Shown: positions 1-11,950, counted from the first letter of the stretch. The stretch is DNA of 64,000 nucleotides from Nitrospirota bacterium (GCA_963721805.1 CAVRJY010000001.1:499882-563881); one strand, 5' to 3'. The notes: generated by a model not told the origin, from the letters alone. Made by a program: numbers and translations.

Positions 1-69
1 ATAATGCGGAGAACAAGGCGGCCCTATTTCCTGTATTAAATGTGGTTGGTGAGAGGTAAAATCGGAAAG

Positions 70-735
70 ATGGTCACTGACGAATTTCACTTCGATTTGA
101 ACGCAAAGCGCACTCGCCTTAGCGACGACGATCTTATGATCGCATTGCAGTCTGCTGCTGAGACGCTTGGTGAGGGTTACTTTACGTCCATACAATACAA
201 TGCACTCCCCGGAAAACGGCCTCATTCTGACACAATAAGCGATCGCTTCGGTTCATGGAAAAAGGCACTGACACTCATTGGAATCGCTGGAGGTCGAGAA
301 AGAAAGTATTCGCCCGAAACGCTCATTGACAATATAGAAAACATTTGGAGGAAGTTGGGTTATCCGCCTGGCAAGAGGCAACTCTCAACCTGTGGGGAGA
401 GAATTTCCGAGTCTCCATACAAGAATCACTGGGGTAGCGTGCGTGCCGCATGCGAAGCACTTGAAGAGTTTCACTCTGGAAGAATCTCAAGAGAGCAACT
501 GCTCAAAGGTAAGCCTAATGAACCAACCCGTACAACAATCCCGTTGAAAGATAGATGGGCTGTATTGAAGCGCGACAACTATAGTTGTGCAAAGTGCGGT
601 GCAAGCCCATCCAATGATCACAACGTTGAACTAGAGGTTGACCACAAATTCCCCGTCGCAAGAGGTGGAGAAAATAGCCTTACTAATCTTCAAACACTCT
701 GTCGAAAATGTAACCAAGGGAAGAAAGACAGATAA
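70..735 (+). CDS. HNH endonuclease with two N-terminal homing-endonuclease-associated-type repeats
   Basis: ORF 40..735; C-terminal HNH motif CAKCG...VDHKFPVARGG...NLQTLCRKCN; two internal repeats ending FGSWKKAL and HWGSVRAAC; ATG at 70 follows GAGAGG; visibly lower G+C than the core genes. Confidence 0.8.
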   Translation: MVTDEFHFDLNAKRTRLSDDDLMIALQSAAETLGEGYFTSIQYNALPGKRPHSDTISDRFGSWKKALTLIGIAGGRERKYSPETLIDNIENIWRKLGYPPGKRQLSTCGERISESPYKNHWGSVRAACEALEEFHSGRISREQLLKGKPNEPTRTTIPLKDRWAVLKRDNYSCAKCGASPSNDHNVELEVDHKFPVARGGENSLTNLQTLCRKCNQGKKDR

Positions 736-814
736 TTCCGGCCAACAAAAGACTGTTCAGCAGTCCACTCGAGTAGAAAATAGGAACGGCTCTATCCAAT
801 CAAACCCCTTCAAC

Positions 815-975
815 GGGGGCGCGGGGGGCTCCGTTATCCTCTCCCCCCGAAAGCGCGCCCAAATCGTCTTCAGACAAGGCAGGGCGAGAAGACCGCCCGA
901 TGGTGTACTGAGACGTACATAGAGGGCGCGTCTTCGCAGCCCAACGCAGTATCAAGCGATTTGGAGCGCTTTGAA
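815..975 (+). repeat. Dispersed structured repeat, copy A (plus orientation)
   Basis: Core 843..975 differs from 13271..13403 at only 4 of 133 positions. 5' part folds as GGGCGC/GCGCCC plus G6/C6 stems around a 14-nt loop. The ORFs overlapping copies A and C are in different frames, so the element is non-coding. Confidence 0.85.
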
Positions 976-983
976 GAAGGCAA

Positions 984-1015
984 CAAAAAAAGGGCCGGGA
1001 GAAAATCCCGGCCCT
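984..1015 (-). terminator. Rho-independent terminator downstream of the trpB2-like gene
   Basis: 10-bp stem AGGGCCGGGA / TCCCGGCCCT with GAAAA loop; on the minus strand it is followed by a T-run (A-run 984..990 on plus). Confidence 0.7.
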
Positions 1016-1033
1016 TTGTAGGCTGAGCTATAT

Positions 1034-2387
1034 CTATATCTTGGGCAGCTTGGCCAGCGACTCCTTGATCTTCTCTTCCGGATACTCATAGTCCACCAGC
1101 TTCCCCGCCATATAATCGGCATAGGCCATGAGGTCGAGATACCCATGTCCGCTCAGGTTGAACAGTATCGTCTTTTGCTTGCCCTCTTCCTTGGCAGCCA
1201 AGGCCTCGTCTATCGCGGCGCGGATCGCGTGCGAGCTCTCCGGGGCGGGTATGATCCCCTCGGTGTTCGCGAACTGAAGCGCGGCCTCGAAGACCGCGTT
1301 CTGGCCGTACGCCCTCGCCTCGATCAGGCCGTCTTTGTGGAGCTGGCAGACGAGCGGCGAGTCCGCGTGGTATCTGAGCCCTCCGGCGTGGATGCCGGGG
1401 GGCATGAAGTCGTGGCCCAGCGTGTACATCATCATCAGCGGCGTCATGCCGATCGAGTCGCCGAAGTCATACCGGAACTCGCCCTTGGTGAGCGTGGGGC
1501 AGCTTACGGGCTCGACCGCGATCACGCGCAGCTTCTTGCCGTTGATCTTGTCTTGCAGAAACGGGAAGCCGATGCCGCCGAGGTTGCTCCCGCCGCCGCA
1601 GCAGCCGATCACGATGTCCGGGTAGTCGCCCACGAGCGCGAGCTGCTTCTTCGCCTCCTGCCCGATAATGGTCTGGTGCAGCACCACGTGGTTGAGCACC
1701 GAGCCGAGGGCATAGTTCGTATCCGGCCTGCTCGCGGCGTCCTCGACGGCCTCCGAGATCGCGATGCCCAGGCTGCCCTGGCTGTTTGGGTCCTCGGCCA
1801 GTATCTTGCGCCCTGCGTTCGTGGTGTCCGACGGGCTCGGGATGACCTTCGCGCCCCAGGTCTCCATCGCTATGCGGCGGTAAGGCTTCTGGTTATAGCT
1901 GACCTTGACCATATAGACCATGATCTCGATGCCGAACATCTTGCCCGGCCAGCGCGAGCGCCGAGCCCCACTGCCCCGCGCCGGTCTCGGTCGCGATGCG
2001 CTTGATCCCGGCCTGCTTGTTGTAGTAGGCCTGCGGGACCGAGGTGTTGGGCTTGTGGCTCCCGGCCGGGCTCACGCCCTCGTATTTGTAGTAAATCTTG
2101 GCCGGGGTGCCGAGCGCGGCCTCGAGCCTGTGCGCGCGGTACATCGGCGAGGGCCGCCAGAGGGTGTAGATGTCGAGGACCTCCTCGGGGATGTCGATCC
2201 AGCGCTGCGTGCTGACCTCCTGCTCGATCAGGGACATCGGGAAGATCGCGCTTAAGTCCTCCGGGCCTATCGGCTTGTGAGTGCCGGGGTGCAGCGGCGG
2301 CTGGACCGGGTTTGGCATGTCGGCCGCGATGTTATACCACTGGCGCGGCATCTCGGACTGCGGAAGGTTGATGATCGTCTGTCTCAT
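1034..2387 (-). pseudogene. TrpB2-type tryptophan synthase beta-like PLP enzyme, split by one single-base insertion
   Basis: ORFs 1893..2387 (N-terminal part, ...[16 protein letters not shown]) and 1034..1939 ([22 protein letters not shown]...) are consecutive parts of one TrpB2-like protein. The frames join if one C of the CCC run at 1944..1946 is removed. Span minus 1 nt gives 451 codons. Confidence 0.8.
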
Positions 2388-2492
2388 CGAGCTGCGTCCC
2401 CCTTGAGGTTTGGATGTTTCGATTATATCACGGCATATGCGAGGGGGCCCCCTGTTAAATCCCGTGCCTGTTTTCCCTTATAATAAGACCCG

Positions 2493-4883
<2,391 letters not shown>

Positions 4884-4885
4884 CG

Positions 4886-5718
4886 ATGACGCGCAAGGTG
4901 AGCATAGGCGGTGTCGAAATCGGGGCCCGTGGCCCCTTGCTGGTCATCGCCGGGCCCTGCGTGATCGAAGACAAAGAGACGATGATGCAGACCGCAGCCG
5001 AGATGCGCGACATTTGCGCCTCACTTGGACTGCCGTTCGTGTTTAAGAGTTCATACGACAAGGCCAACCGAAGCTCGGTCATCGTCCCCCCGCGGCCCCG
5101 GCATCGAGGCCGGGCTCGCGATGCTCAAAGAGATAAAAGACGCGCTCGGCGTGCCGGTCTTAAGCGACGTGCACACCCCCGAGGAGGCCACTGCGCGCGG
5201 CCAAGGTGCTCGACGCGCTGCAGATCCCGGCGTTCCTGTGCCGCCAGACTGACCTGATAGTCGCGGCCGCAAAGACAGGCAAGCCGGTCAATATCAAGAA
5301 GGGCCAGTTCCTTGCGCCCTGGGACGTCCAGAACATCATCGAGAAGGCCCGCTCTACCGGCAACGAAAATATCATGCTCACCGAGCGCGGGACTACGTTT
5401 GGGTACGGGAACCTCGTCGTGGACTTCAAGGGCGTGGCCCTGATGCGCACGTACGGGTATCCGGTGATATTCGACCTCACGCACAGCTTGCAGCTTCCGG
5501 GTGCTCAGGGCACGTTTACCGGAGGCGAGCGGCAGTACGCCGCGCCGCTGATGCGCGCGGCATGCGGCGCGGGGATAGACGGGCTGTTTATAGAGGTCCA
5601 CCCGGAGCCCGAGCGCGCGCTGTCGGACAAGACGACGGTGCTCCCGCTCTCTGACGTGCGCGCGATGCTCGAGGTCGCGCGCGACATACACGCGATAGTG
5701 AGGCGGGGCGGATTATGA
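4886..5718 (+). pseudogene. kdsA: 3-deoxy-8-phosphooctulonate synthase (KdsA), two single-base insertions
   Basis: [13 protein letters not shown]...[12 protein letters not shown], then [15 protein letters not shown], then [13 protein letters not shown]...FDLTHSLQLPG, in three successive frames. The shifts map to the C6 run near 5085..5090 and to GCGCGCGG near 5188..5195. Corrected length is 277 codons. Confidence 0.85.
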
Positions 5719-5742
5719 AAAGAAAAGAGCGATGAGCGGATC

Positions 5743-6723
5743 ATGAAGAAAAAAGAGATCGACGCGGCCGCCGAGGCCCGAAACGTGATACTGACCGAGG
5801 CCGACGCGCTGCGCGATATGGCCGGGAGGATTACCCAGGACTTCTCACGCGCGGTCGATATGATCGCGGCCTCAAAGGGGCGCCTGATCGTGACCGGCAT
5901 GGGCAAGTCCGGGCTGGTCGGGCAGAAGGTCGCGGCCACGCTGGCCTCGACCGGCACGCCCTCGTTCTTCCTGCACCCGGCCGAGGCCTCGCACGGGGAC
6001 CTCGGGATGGTCACGCGCGAGGACATCGTGCTCGCGATATCCAACAGCGGCTCGACCGAGGAGATCGTAAACATCCTGCCCACGCTCAAACGCTTCGGCG
6101 TCGGGCTGATCTCGATGACCGGAAACGCGGAGAGCGTGCTCGGGCGCGCGTCGGACGTGCACCTCGACGTCGCGGTCTCTAAGGAGGCCTGCCCGCTCGG
6201 GATCGTGCCTACGGCATCGACTACCGCAGCGCTCGCGATGGGCGACGCGCTGGCCGTGGCGCTGCTTTTAAAGAGCGGGTTTAGCGAGGAGGACTTCGCG
6301 GCGTTTCACCCTAGAGGCGCGCTCGGCAAGAAACTGCTCATCCGGGTCTCTGACCTGATGCACGCCAAGGACGCGATGCCGCGCGTCTCGCCCACGATGC
6401 CGATGCGCCACGCCCTGATCGAGATATCGACGAAGCGGCTCGGCCTGACGACCGTGGTCGACCAAAGCGGCGCGCTGCTTGGCGTCATCACGGACGGCGA
6501 CCTCCGCCGCGCGATAGAGACCCACGGGGGCAAGCTGTTTGACCTCACGGCGCAGGACATCATGGGCAAAAGCCCGAGGACGATCAGCGAGGACGAACTC
6601 GCCGCGGCCGCGCTTGCGCGCATGGAGGCCCACGCCATCACCGCGCTCGTAGCGCTTAACGAAAGCGGCTACCCCGTAGGCGTCATCCACATCCACGACA
6701 TCCTCAAGGAGGGCATCGCGTGA
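5743..6723 (+). CDS. kdsD: Arabinose-5-phosphate isomerase (KdsD/KpsF; SIS domain plus two CBS domains)
   Basis: Intact 326-aa ORF; SIS motif VTGMGKSG...; C-terminal CBS pair; located within the KDO cluster. Confidence 0.85.
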   Translation: MKKKEIDAAAEARNVILTEADALRDMAGRITQDFSRAVDMIAASKGRLIVTGMGKSGLVGQKVAATLASTGTPSFFLHPAEASHGDLGMVTREDIVLAISNSGSTEEIVNILPTLKRFGVGLISMTGNAESVLGRASDVHLDVAVSKEACPLGIVPTASTTAALAMGDALAVALLLKSGFSEEDFAAFHPRGALGKKLLIRVSDLMHAKDAMPRVSPTMPMRHALIEISTKRLGLTTVVDQSGALLGVITDGDLRRAIETHGGKLFDLTAQDIMGKSPRTISEDELAAAALARMEAHAITALVALNESGYPVGVIHIHDILKEGIA

Positions 6724-7256
6724 GCCATACCGCGGCCGTGCTCGAGGCCGCCGCGAAGGTGCGCATGCTCATCCTCGACGTCGACGGCGTGCTCACGGAC
6801 GGCGGGATCATACTCGACGACTTCGGCAACGAGATAAAGAAATTCCATGTCCGCGACGGCCACGGCATAAAGCTCGTCCAGCGCGCCGGCATCACCGTGG
6901 CGCTCATCACCGGGCGCAACTCGCGCGTCGTCGCGCACCGCGCGCGCGAGCTCGGCATTAAAGAGGTCCACCAGCGCGTGTTTAAGAAGGCCGAGGTCTA
7001 CGAGGCGATGCGCGACCGCTACTCGCTTAGCGACGAGGAGGTCGCGTTCATAGGCGACGACGTCGTGGACATACCGATACTCGTGCGCGTGGGGCTGCCG
7101 GTCTGCGTGGCCGACGCGGTCGTCGAGGCCAAGGAGCACGCGATGTTCGTCACCGATGCGCCCGGCGGCGGAGGGGCGGTGCGCGAGGTCACGGACCTGA
7201 TCCTCAAGGCCAGGGGGCTCTGGCAGGGCATCATCGATGGCTATAGCAAGGCTTAA
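6720..7256 (+). CDS. kdsC: KDO 8-phosphate phosphatase (KdsC, HAD family)
   Basis: 178-aa ORF; HAD motif LILDVDGVLTDG; 4-nt overlap with kdsD. Confidence 0.8.
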   Translation: MSHTAAVLEAAAKVRMLILDVDGVLTDGGIILDDFGNEIKKFHVRDGHGIKLVQRAGITVALITGRNSRVVAHRARELGIKEVHQRVFKKAEVYEAMRDRYSLSDEEVAFIGDDVVDIPILVRVGLPVCVADAVVEAKEHAMFVTDAPGGGGAVREVTDLILKARGLWQGIIDGYSKA

Positions 7257-7801
7257 CCTCCCGACCGTCCTGAGCCTCAGCCGCATCGTCATCATACCGC
7301 TTTTCATCTACGTCACGCCCGACTATAACGTGCTCGGCGCGGCGATATTCGCCCTGGCCTCGGTCACGGACTTCCTCGACGGATACCTCGCGCGCAGAAA
7401 GGGGCAGATCACGACCTTCGGGATCATCATCGACCCTATCGCGGACAAGTTCCTGGTGATCTCGGCCCTGTTCCTGCTCGTGGACATGGGGAGGCTCTCG
7501 GTGCTCCCGGCGGTCATCATAACCGTCAGGGAGTTTCTGATCACCGCGCTTCGGGGCGTGGCGCTCGCGAAGGACATAGTGATAAAGGCCGAGATGGGCG
7601 GCAAGCTCAAGGTCGGCGCGCAGATCACGGCCGTGATATGCCTGATACTCGGCTGGGACGTTATCGGGATCGATTTCTTCGACCTCGGCATAGCCGCGAT
7701 ATGGGTATCGGTCGTGCTCGGGGTCATCTCCGGGGTGCAGTATATCGTCGCGTTCTGGCGCAGGCTCGCCGCAGAGAACAGGGCAGGGCGACGTTCGGTG
7801 A
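7237..7801 (+). CDS. pgsA: CDP-diacylglycerol--glycerol-3-phosphate 3-phosphatidyltransferase (PgsA); 3' end uncertain
   Basis: CDP-alcohol phosphotransferase motif DFLDGYLARR...G..IDPIADK. The raw ORF runs to 8340 across plsY in another frame. Removing one G near the GGG at about 7785 gives ...NRAGDVR and a stop at 7799..7801 (188 codons). Confidence 0.7.
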
Positions 7802-7828
7802 TCGGCGTCAAGGAGGCGTTGCTGTGCC

Positions 7829-8395
7829 GTGATGGCCTATCTGGTCGGGGGGATCCCGTTCGGCCTGATATTTTCGCGCATGAAGGGCGTGGACCTGCGT
7901 GCGGTCGGCAGCGGCAACATCGGCGCGACCAACGCGCTTCGCGGCGCCGGAAAGACGGTGGCCGCCCTGACGCTGCTGGGCGATATCGCAAAGGGCACGG
8001 CGGCGGTGGCCTTAGGCCGCGCGTTTGGAGCGAGCGAGGCGCTTCAGGGAGCTCTCGGGGTGCTCGCGGTGCTCGGCCACGACTTCCCGGCGTTTTTGGG
8101 CTTCCGGGGGGGCAAGGGCGTTGCGACCAGCCTCGGGGTCATATTGATTTACTTACCGGGGGCTGGTATCCTTACTATAGTTATCTGGCTTATTGTGGCA
8201 TTGGTATTCAGGTATTCGTCACTCGGGGCGCTGGTCTCGTTCGCCGCCCTGCCGTTGGTCGCGTGGGGTCTTGGGTATGGGGGCATCAAGATCGCTGTGG
8301 CGTGCGTCCTGACCGCACTGCTTGTGGCGAGACACCATGAAAACATTCGGAGGCTTCTTGCCGGGACCGAAAGCAGGATCGGCAGCAAAGTCTAG
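7829..8395 (+). CDS. plsY: Glycerol-3-phosphate acyltransferase PlsY
   Basis: 188-aa ORF; GSGNIGATNALR motif; multiple TM segments; AGGAGG upstream. Confidence 0.85.
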   Translation: MMAYLVGGIPFGLIFSRMKGVDLRAVGSGNIGATNALRGAGKTVAALTLLGDIAKGTAAVALGRAFGASEALQGALGVLAVLGHDFPAFLGFRGGKGVATSLGVILIYLPGAGILTIVIWLIVALVFRYSSLGALVSFAALPLVAWGLGYGGIKIAVACVLTALLVARHHENIRRLLAGTESRIGSKV

Positions 8396-10034
8396 CCTCA
8401 TCCTTCTGGCCGGTGCGCTATGCGCCGCGCTGATACTTGCCGTCTCATTCTCCTGGGCGCAGCCGGCCCCGGGCTACCTCGACAAGCTCCTGGACCGCGG
8501 CCTCTCGACGGACAGCTACGAAAGCCGCGTGCTGATGCAGCAGGCCTCCGAGGCCCACGGCGGGGACGCGGCGCGGCTGCTCGCCGATGCGGCAGCGATA
8601 AGCCCGGACCTCCCGGCCGTGCATTTGCGGCTCGCGCTGGCGGCCCTGCCTGACGCGTTTGAGTCGCTAAGCGAGCTGATCGCGGCCGGCGAGGCCTACA
8701 AGCACAGCTTCTGGTGGTCGATGAGCCTGCGCGCAAGCGCGCTGCAAGCCCTCGTGGCCGCCGTCATGCTCGGCCTCGCGGGGCTGATCGCGATCAGGCT
8801 TACGGTCGACCTGCCGCTTTTGATGCACGATATCAACGAAAAACGCGTGCGCCTCATCCTGCCTGCCCTGATGCTCCCGTTTTCGCCCCTGGGGCCGGCC
8901 CTCGTGCTGCTCGCTGCGCTTATGACCGTCTGCCTGTATGCGCGCAAGGGCGTGGCGGTGTTCTATCTGGCGGCGGTCTTCGCGGTAGCGCTGCCCGCGC
9001 TCCAGGGCCCGCTCGATGACGCGTACACCGCCAGCATGCCCCGGATGGCCGCGATAGTCGGCGTCAACGAGGGCTCGACCAACCGCTACGCCATAGGCGT
9101 GCTTGCGGGGCACGACGACTACATGTCGAGGTTCGCTTACGGCCTGGCGCTCAGGCGCGACGGCCGCATAGAGGACTCGGTCGCGGTATTCCGCAAGCTG
9201 CTTGCCGAGACGCCCGATGACGGCCGGGCGCTGATAAACCTCGGCAACGCGCAATTCGCCGCCGGCCGCTTCGCCGAGGCGCGCGACTCATACCAGAAGG
9301 CGTACGATAGCTCAAAGACCGTCGTCTCGGCCTATAACCTGGCCATGGCCTCGCGCGCGCTTTTCGATTACGCCTCGGGCGACAAGTTCTACGCCGAGGC
9401 CGCGGCGCTTGACGCCCAGGTGGTGTCGGCCTTCAACTCCATCGCATCCAAAAACCCGAACCGGACCGTCATGGACTCGGTCTTCACCCACGCCGAACTC
9501 GAGGACTACATCGCGCATAACGCCACTAATGCGGCCTCGCTCTACCCGCTGGGCGGCAAGGCCGCGATGGCCGGGGCCGGGGTGCTGGCCGTGATATTCA
9601 CGGTGCTCCTGTTTTCGGGCATCGGGCTTGCGGGCCGCTGCACGAACTGCGGCAAGGTGCTCTGCGAGCGCTGCGCGCCGACGAGGAACTATGCCGGCAA
9701 GTGCGCCTCGTGCCACAGGCTGCTTGCGGAGTTCGACGACACCAGCCCGAGGGCCAAGGTGGCGCGCATGCTCTCGTCCATGCGCATCAAGGACAAGATG
9801 CGCGACCGCCTGAAGGCGCTCTCGTTCGCCCCGCCGGGCATCGCCCAGATATTCGCCGGGAAGCTCTTGGAGGGTTTCCTCTACCTCACCGGGTTCCTGT
9901 TTCTGGTATTCGCGGCCATACTCGCGGCCGACCCCATCTTCACGGTCGGCCTCGCGGGGCTGACCCACCTCTGGCTCACGCCGCCCCTGGCGGCCGCGGC
10001 GGCCTGCTGTATCTGTTGTCATTCATGTCCGTAA
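8337..10034 (+). CDS. Polytopic membrane protein with TPR repeats and a CxxC...CxxC zinc-ribbon
   Basis: ORF 8322..10034; ATG at 8337; hydrophobic segments, TPR-like region (ALINLGNAQFAAGRFAEARDSYQKAY) and CTNCGKVLCERCAPTRNYAGKCASCH. Confidence 0.6.
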   Translation: MKTFGGFLPGPKAGSAAKSSLILLAGALCAALILAVSFSWAQPAPGYLDKLLDRGLSTDSYESRVLMQQASEAHGGDAARLLADAAAISPDLPAVHLRLALAALPDAFESLSELIAAGEAYKHSFWWSMSLRASALQALVAAVMLGLAGLIAIRLTVDLPLLMHDINEKRVRLILPALMLPFSPLGPALVLLAALMTVCLYARKGVAVFYLAAVFAVALPALQGPLDDAYTASMPRMAAIVGVNEGSTNRYAIGVLAGHDDYMSRFAYGLALRRDGRIEDSVAVFRKLLAETPDDGRALINLGNAQFAAGRFAEARDSYQKAYDSSKTVVSAYNLAMASRALFDYASGDKFYAEAAALDAQVVSAFNSIASKNPNRTVMDSVFTHAELEDYIAHNATNAASLYPLGGKAAMAGAGVLAVIFTVLLFSGIGLAGRCTNCGKVLCERCAPTRNYAGKCASCHRLLAEFDDTSPRAKVARMLSSMRIKDKMRDRLKALSFAPPGIAQIFAGKLLEGFLYLTGFLFLVFAAILAADPIFTVGLAGLTHLWLTPPLAAAAACCICCHSCP

Positions 10035-10053
10035 ACCGGAGGCTCGAAATCGG

Positions 10054-11091
10054 ATGGCTCTAGAGGGATCGCTCAGGGAGTTCAGCCTCGCCGACATATT
10101 GCAGCTCCTGCACTTCCAGCGGAAGACCGGGGTGCTCACGATCGCGGGCAAGTCCGACAAGATCCGGCTGATGTTCAACGAGGGCCAGATAGTCGCGGCC
10201 GAGAGCCAGAAGCGCGACGTCGCGGGGCGCCTGGGCCGGGTGCTGGTATCGCGCGGGATCATAACCGAGGACTCGCTCGAGCAGGCCATCGAACGGCAGA
10301 AGGACTCGGGCATGCGCCTCGGAGAGATACTCATCGCCGACGGCCGCGCCACGCCCGAGGACATCAAGGGCGTGCTCTCGTTTCAGATCACCGAGGCAGT
10401 AAACCAGCTCTTCACCTGGAAGGAGGGCCGGTACGACTTCACCGCGCAGGCCGTGCCCGTGGACCAGGAGCTCTCGGTGAGCCTCGATACGCAGCACGTC
10501 CTGATGGAGGGCCTGCGCCTCCTTGACGAATGGACCCAGCTCGGGGACATGATAAACGTCGATACCGTATTCGTCCAGAGGGAGAACCCCGATGCCGAGG
10601 TCACGGACGAGGAGCAGCGCATACTCGCGTTCGTCGACGGCGCAAACGACGTCGGCACTATCGCGGACCTCACAGGCATAGACAGCTTCAACGTCTCGAT
10701 GCTGCTGCTGGGGCTCATACAGAAGGGCAGGGCCGCCAAGAAAGAGGCGATTACCGCGCAGTCGGTCGCGGCGGTGCGCATCTACATCCCGCCGCCCCCG
10801 GTGCCGCAGCTCACGCTCATCCTCGCCCTGATGCTGGCGGTATCGCTGGCCATAAGCGTGGCGCTCGTCTGGGCCACCGGTGACGTGCGGGCGTTTAAGG
10901 CCGCAACGCAGATAGACCGCATTCGCACCTCTGTCGAAATGCAGCAGCGCATGAGCGGCTCGTACCCGGCGGCGATAGAAGGCACTGACCCGTGGGGGAC
11001 GCCGTATGTATATCAAGCGACCGCGCAGGGATTCACCATCTTCTCCGCAGGGCCGGATCGCACGCCCAACACGCCGGACGACATCCACTAA
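10054..11091 (+). CDS. DUF4388-domain protein with TM helix and GspG-like pseudopilin C-terminal domain
   Basis: N-terminus LEGSLREFSLADILQLLHFQRKTGVLTI (DUF4388 type); C-terminus DPWGTPYVYQATAQGFTIFSAGPDRTPNTPDDI resembles the type II secretion G-protein C-terminal motif. Confidence 0.65.
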   Translation: MALEGSLREFSLADILQLLHFQRKTGVLTIAGKSDKIRLMFNEGQIVAAESQKRDVAGRLGRVLVSRGIITEDSLEQAIERQKDSGMRLGEILIADGRATPEDIKGVLSFQITEAVNQLFTWKEGRYDFTAQAVPVDQELSVSLDTQHVLMEGLRLLDEWTQLGDMINVDTVFVQRENPDAEVTDEEQRILAFVDGANDVGTIADLTGIDSFNVSMLLLGLIQKGRAAKKEAITAQSVAAVRIYIPPPPVPQLTLILALMLAVSLAISVALVWATGDVRAFKAATQIDRIRTSVEMQQRMSGSYPAAIEGTDPWGTPYVYQATAQGFTIFSAGPDRTPNTPDDIH

Positions 11092-11097
11092 ATCGTT

Positions 11098-11266
11098 TTC
11101 AATCCAAAGTCGCGTTAAATACGCGTGATACGTTGTCAGGCCTTCAAAGACGCGCCCTCGGAGTACGTCTCAGTACACCGTCGGGCGGTCTTCTCGCCCT
11201 TCCTAGTCTGACGCGATTTATCGCGCTTTAAGTGGCTGATGCGGGATCGTGCGAGCGGTCAACGGC
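11098..11266 (-). repeat. Dispersed structured repeat, copy B (minus orientation, diverged)
   Basis: The reverse complement aligns with copies A and C through ...GGGCGAGAAGACCGCCCGA.GGTGTACTGAGACGTAC...GAGGGCGCGTCTT...TTTGGA..TTGAA. It starts 7 nt after the stop codon at 11091. The inner end shares GCCGTTGACC with copy C. Confidence 0.8.
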
Positions 11267-11365
11267 ATTGATTAGAGCGCCCCAGCATATTATTATTTGA
11301 TGCCACGCAAAGCAACTAAGGTTTATTTTGACATCATAGGCCATTCAAGAGTATTATAAGAATCT

Positions 11366-11950
11366 ATGGAAACTGAGATAAAATTAAATCAAATAAATAT
11401 TAAGGTTCCTGGCAACTGGAACAGAAGAATTTTTTCACCAGCTTGGATTAGCAAGAATTTTACTGTGCCCGAAGGTATTCGTGAGATAAATTTACTTTTT
11501 AATCCAGACGATATAGAGATCGGCTATAAAATAATGGGAGTGCAAATTTTTCCTAAAGAAAACGAATTGGCCTTAGTTATTGGAAATTCAGACGAAATTA
11601 ACAATGACAACATACTTTTATGTTTTAAGCTTTTCATAAAGATTTTAGACATTCTTCCTCAAACCCCGATAAAAGCAATTGGATTCAATGTGGACTATTT
11701 GTTACCTGTTAATGCAAAGTCTAATTTAGGTGATTGGATAAAAAAGCAAAAACAAGATTATGAAAAGCTCGCAATGAATGGCTTGACATTAAAACAAGAC
11801 ACCGAGAAATATACATTAAATTTAAAAATCGAAATCATCGCAGATACCTTTAAGGTAGATTTTAATTACCATTTCAAAAATTACGTTGACATTGATCAAT
11901 CTCCAGATTTTTTCATAAAGCTTATCGAAGACACAAAGAGGTACTTATAA
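11366..11950 (+). CDS. Hypothetical protein, first gene of AT-rich orphan operon
   Basis: 194-aa ORF in an AT-rich island; no motif recognised; its stop overlaps the next start (TAATG). Confidence 0.6.
   Translation: METEIKLNQINIKVPGNWNRRIFSPAWISKNFTVPEGIREINLLFNPDDIEIGYKIMGVQIFPKENELALVIGNSDEINNDNILLCFKLFIKILDILPQTPIKAIGFNVDYLLPVNAKSNLGDWIKKQKQDYEKLAMNGLTLKQDTEKYTLNLKIEIIADTFKVDFNYHFKNYVDIDQSPDFFIKLIEDTKRYL

Noticed and set aside
815-975. Repeat as HEARO/IscB omega-RNA, TnpB reRNA, integron attC site or tRNA-like gene
   Set aside because: The adjacent HNH protein is only ~225 aa and has no RuvC segments, so it is not IscB. There is no TnpB, integrase or IntI nearby. The copies are separated by 10 kb of core genes rather than forming a cassette array. 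No cloverleaf or T-loop signature is present. I cannot exclude a match to a known Rfam family without a search.
1145-2005. Long antisense or out-of-frame ORFs typical of GC-rich DNA (for example 1145..2005, 3306..4322, 10060..11088, 21270..22379, 25729..27057, 43992..44774, 46621..47568, 57878..58780)
   Set aside because: Each lies opposite or out of frame to a gene with strong family motifs. Their translations are Arg/Ala/Gly/Pro-rich with no recognisable domains.
7802-8340. C-terminal 180-aa extension of the pgsA ORF (367 aa total)
   Set aside because: The extension is Arg/Gly-rich, low-complexity translation of the plsY gene in the wrong frame. PgsA homologs end near ...FWRRL.
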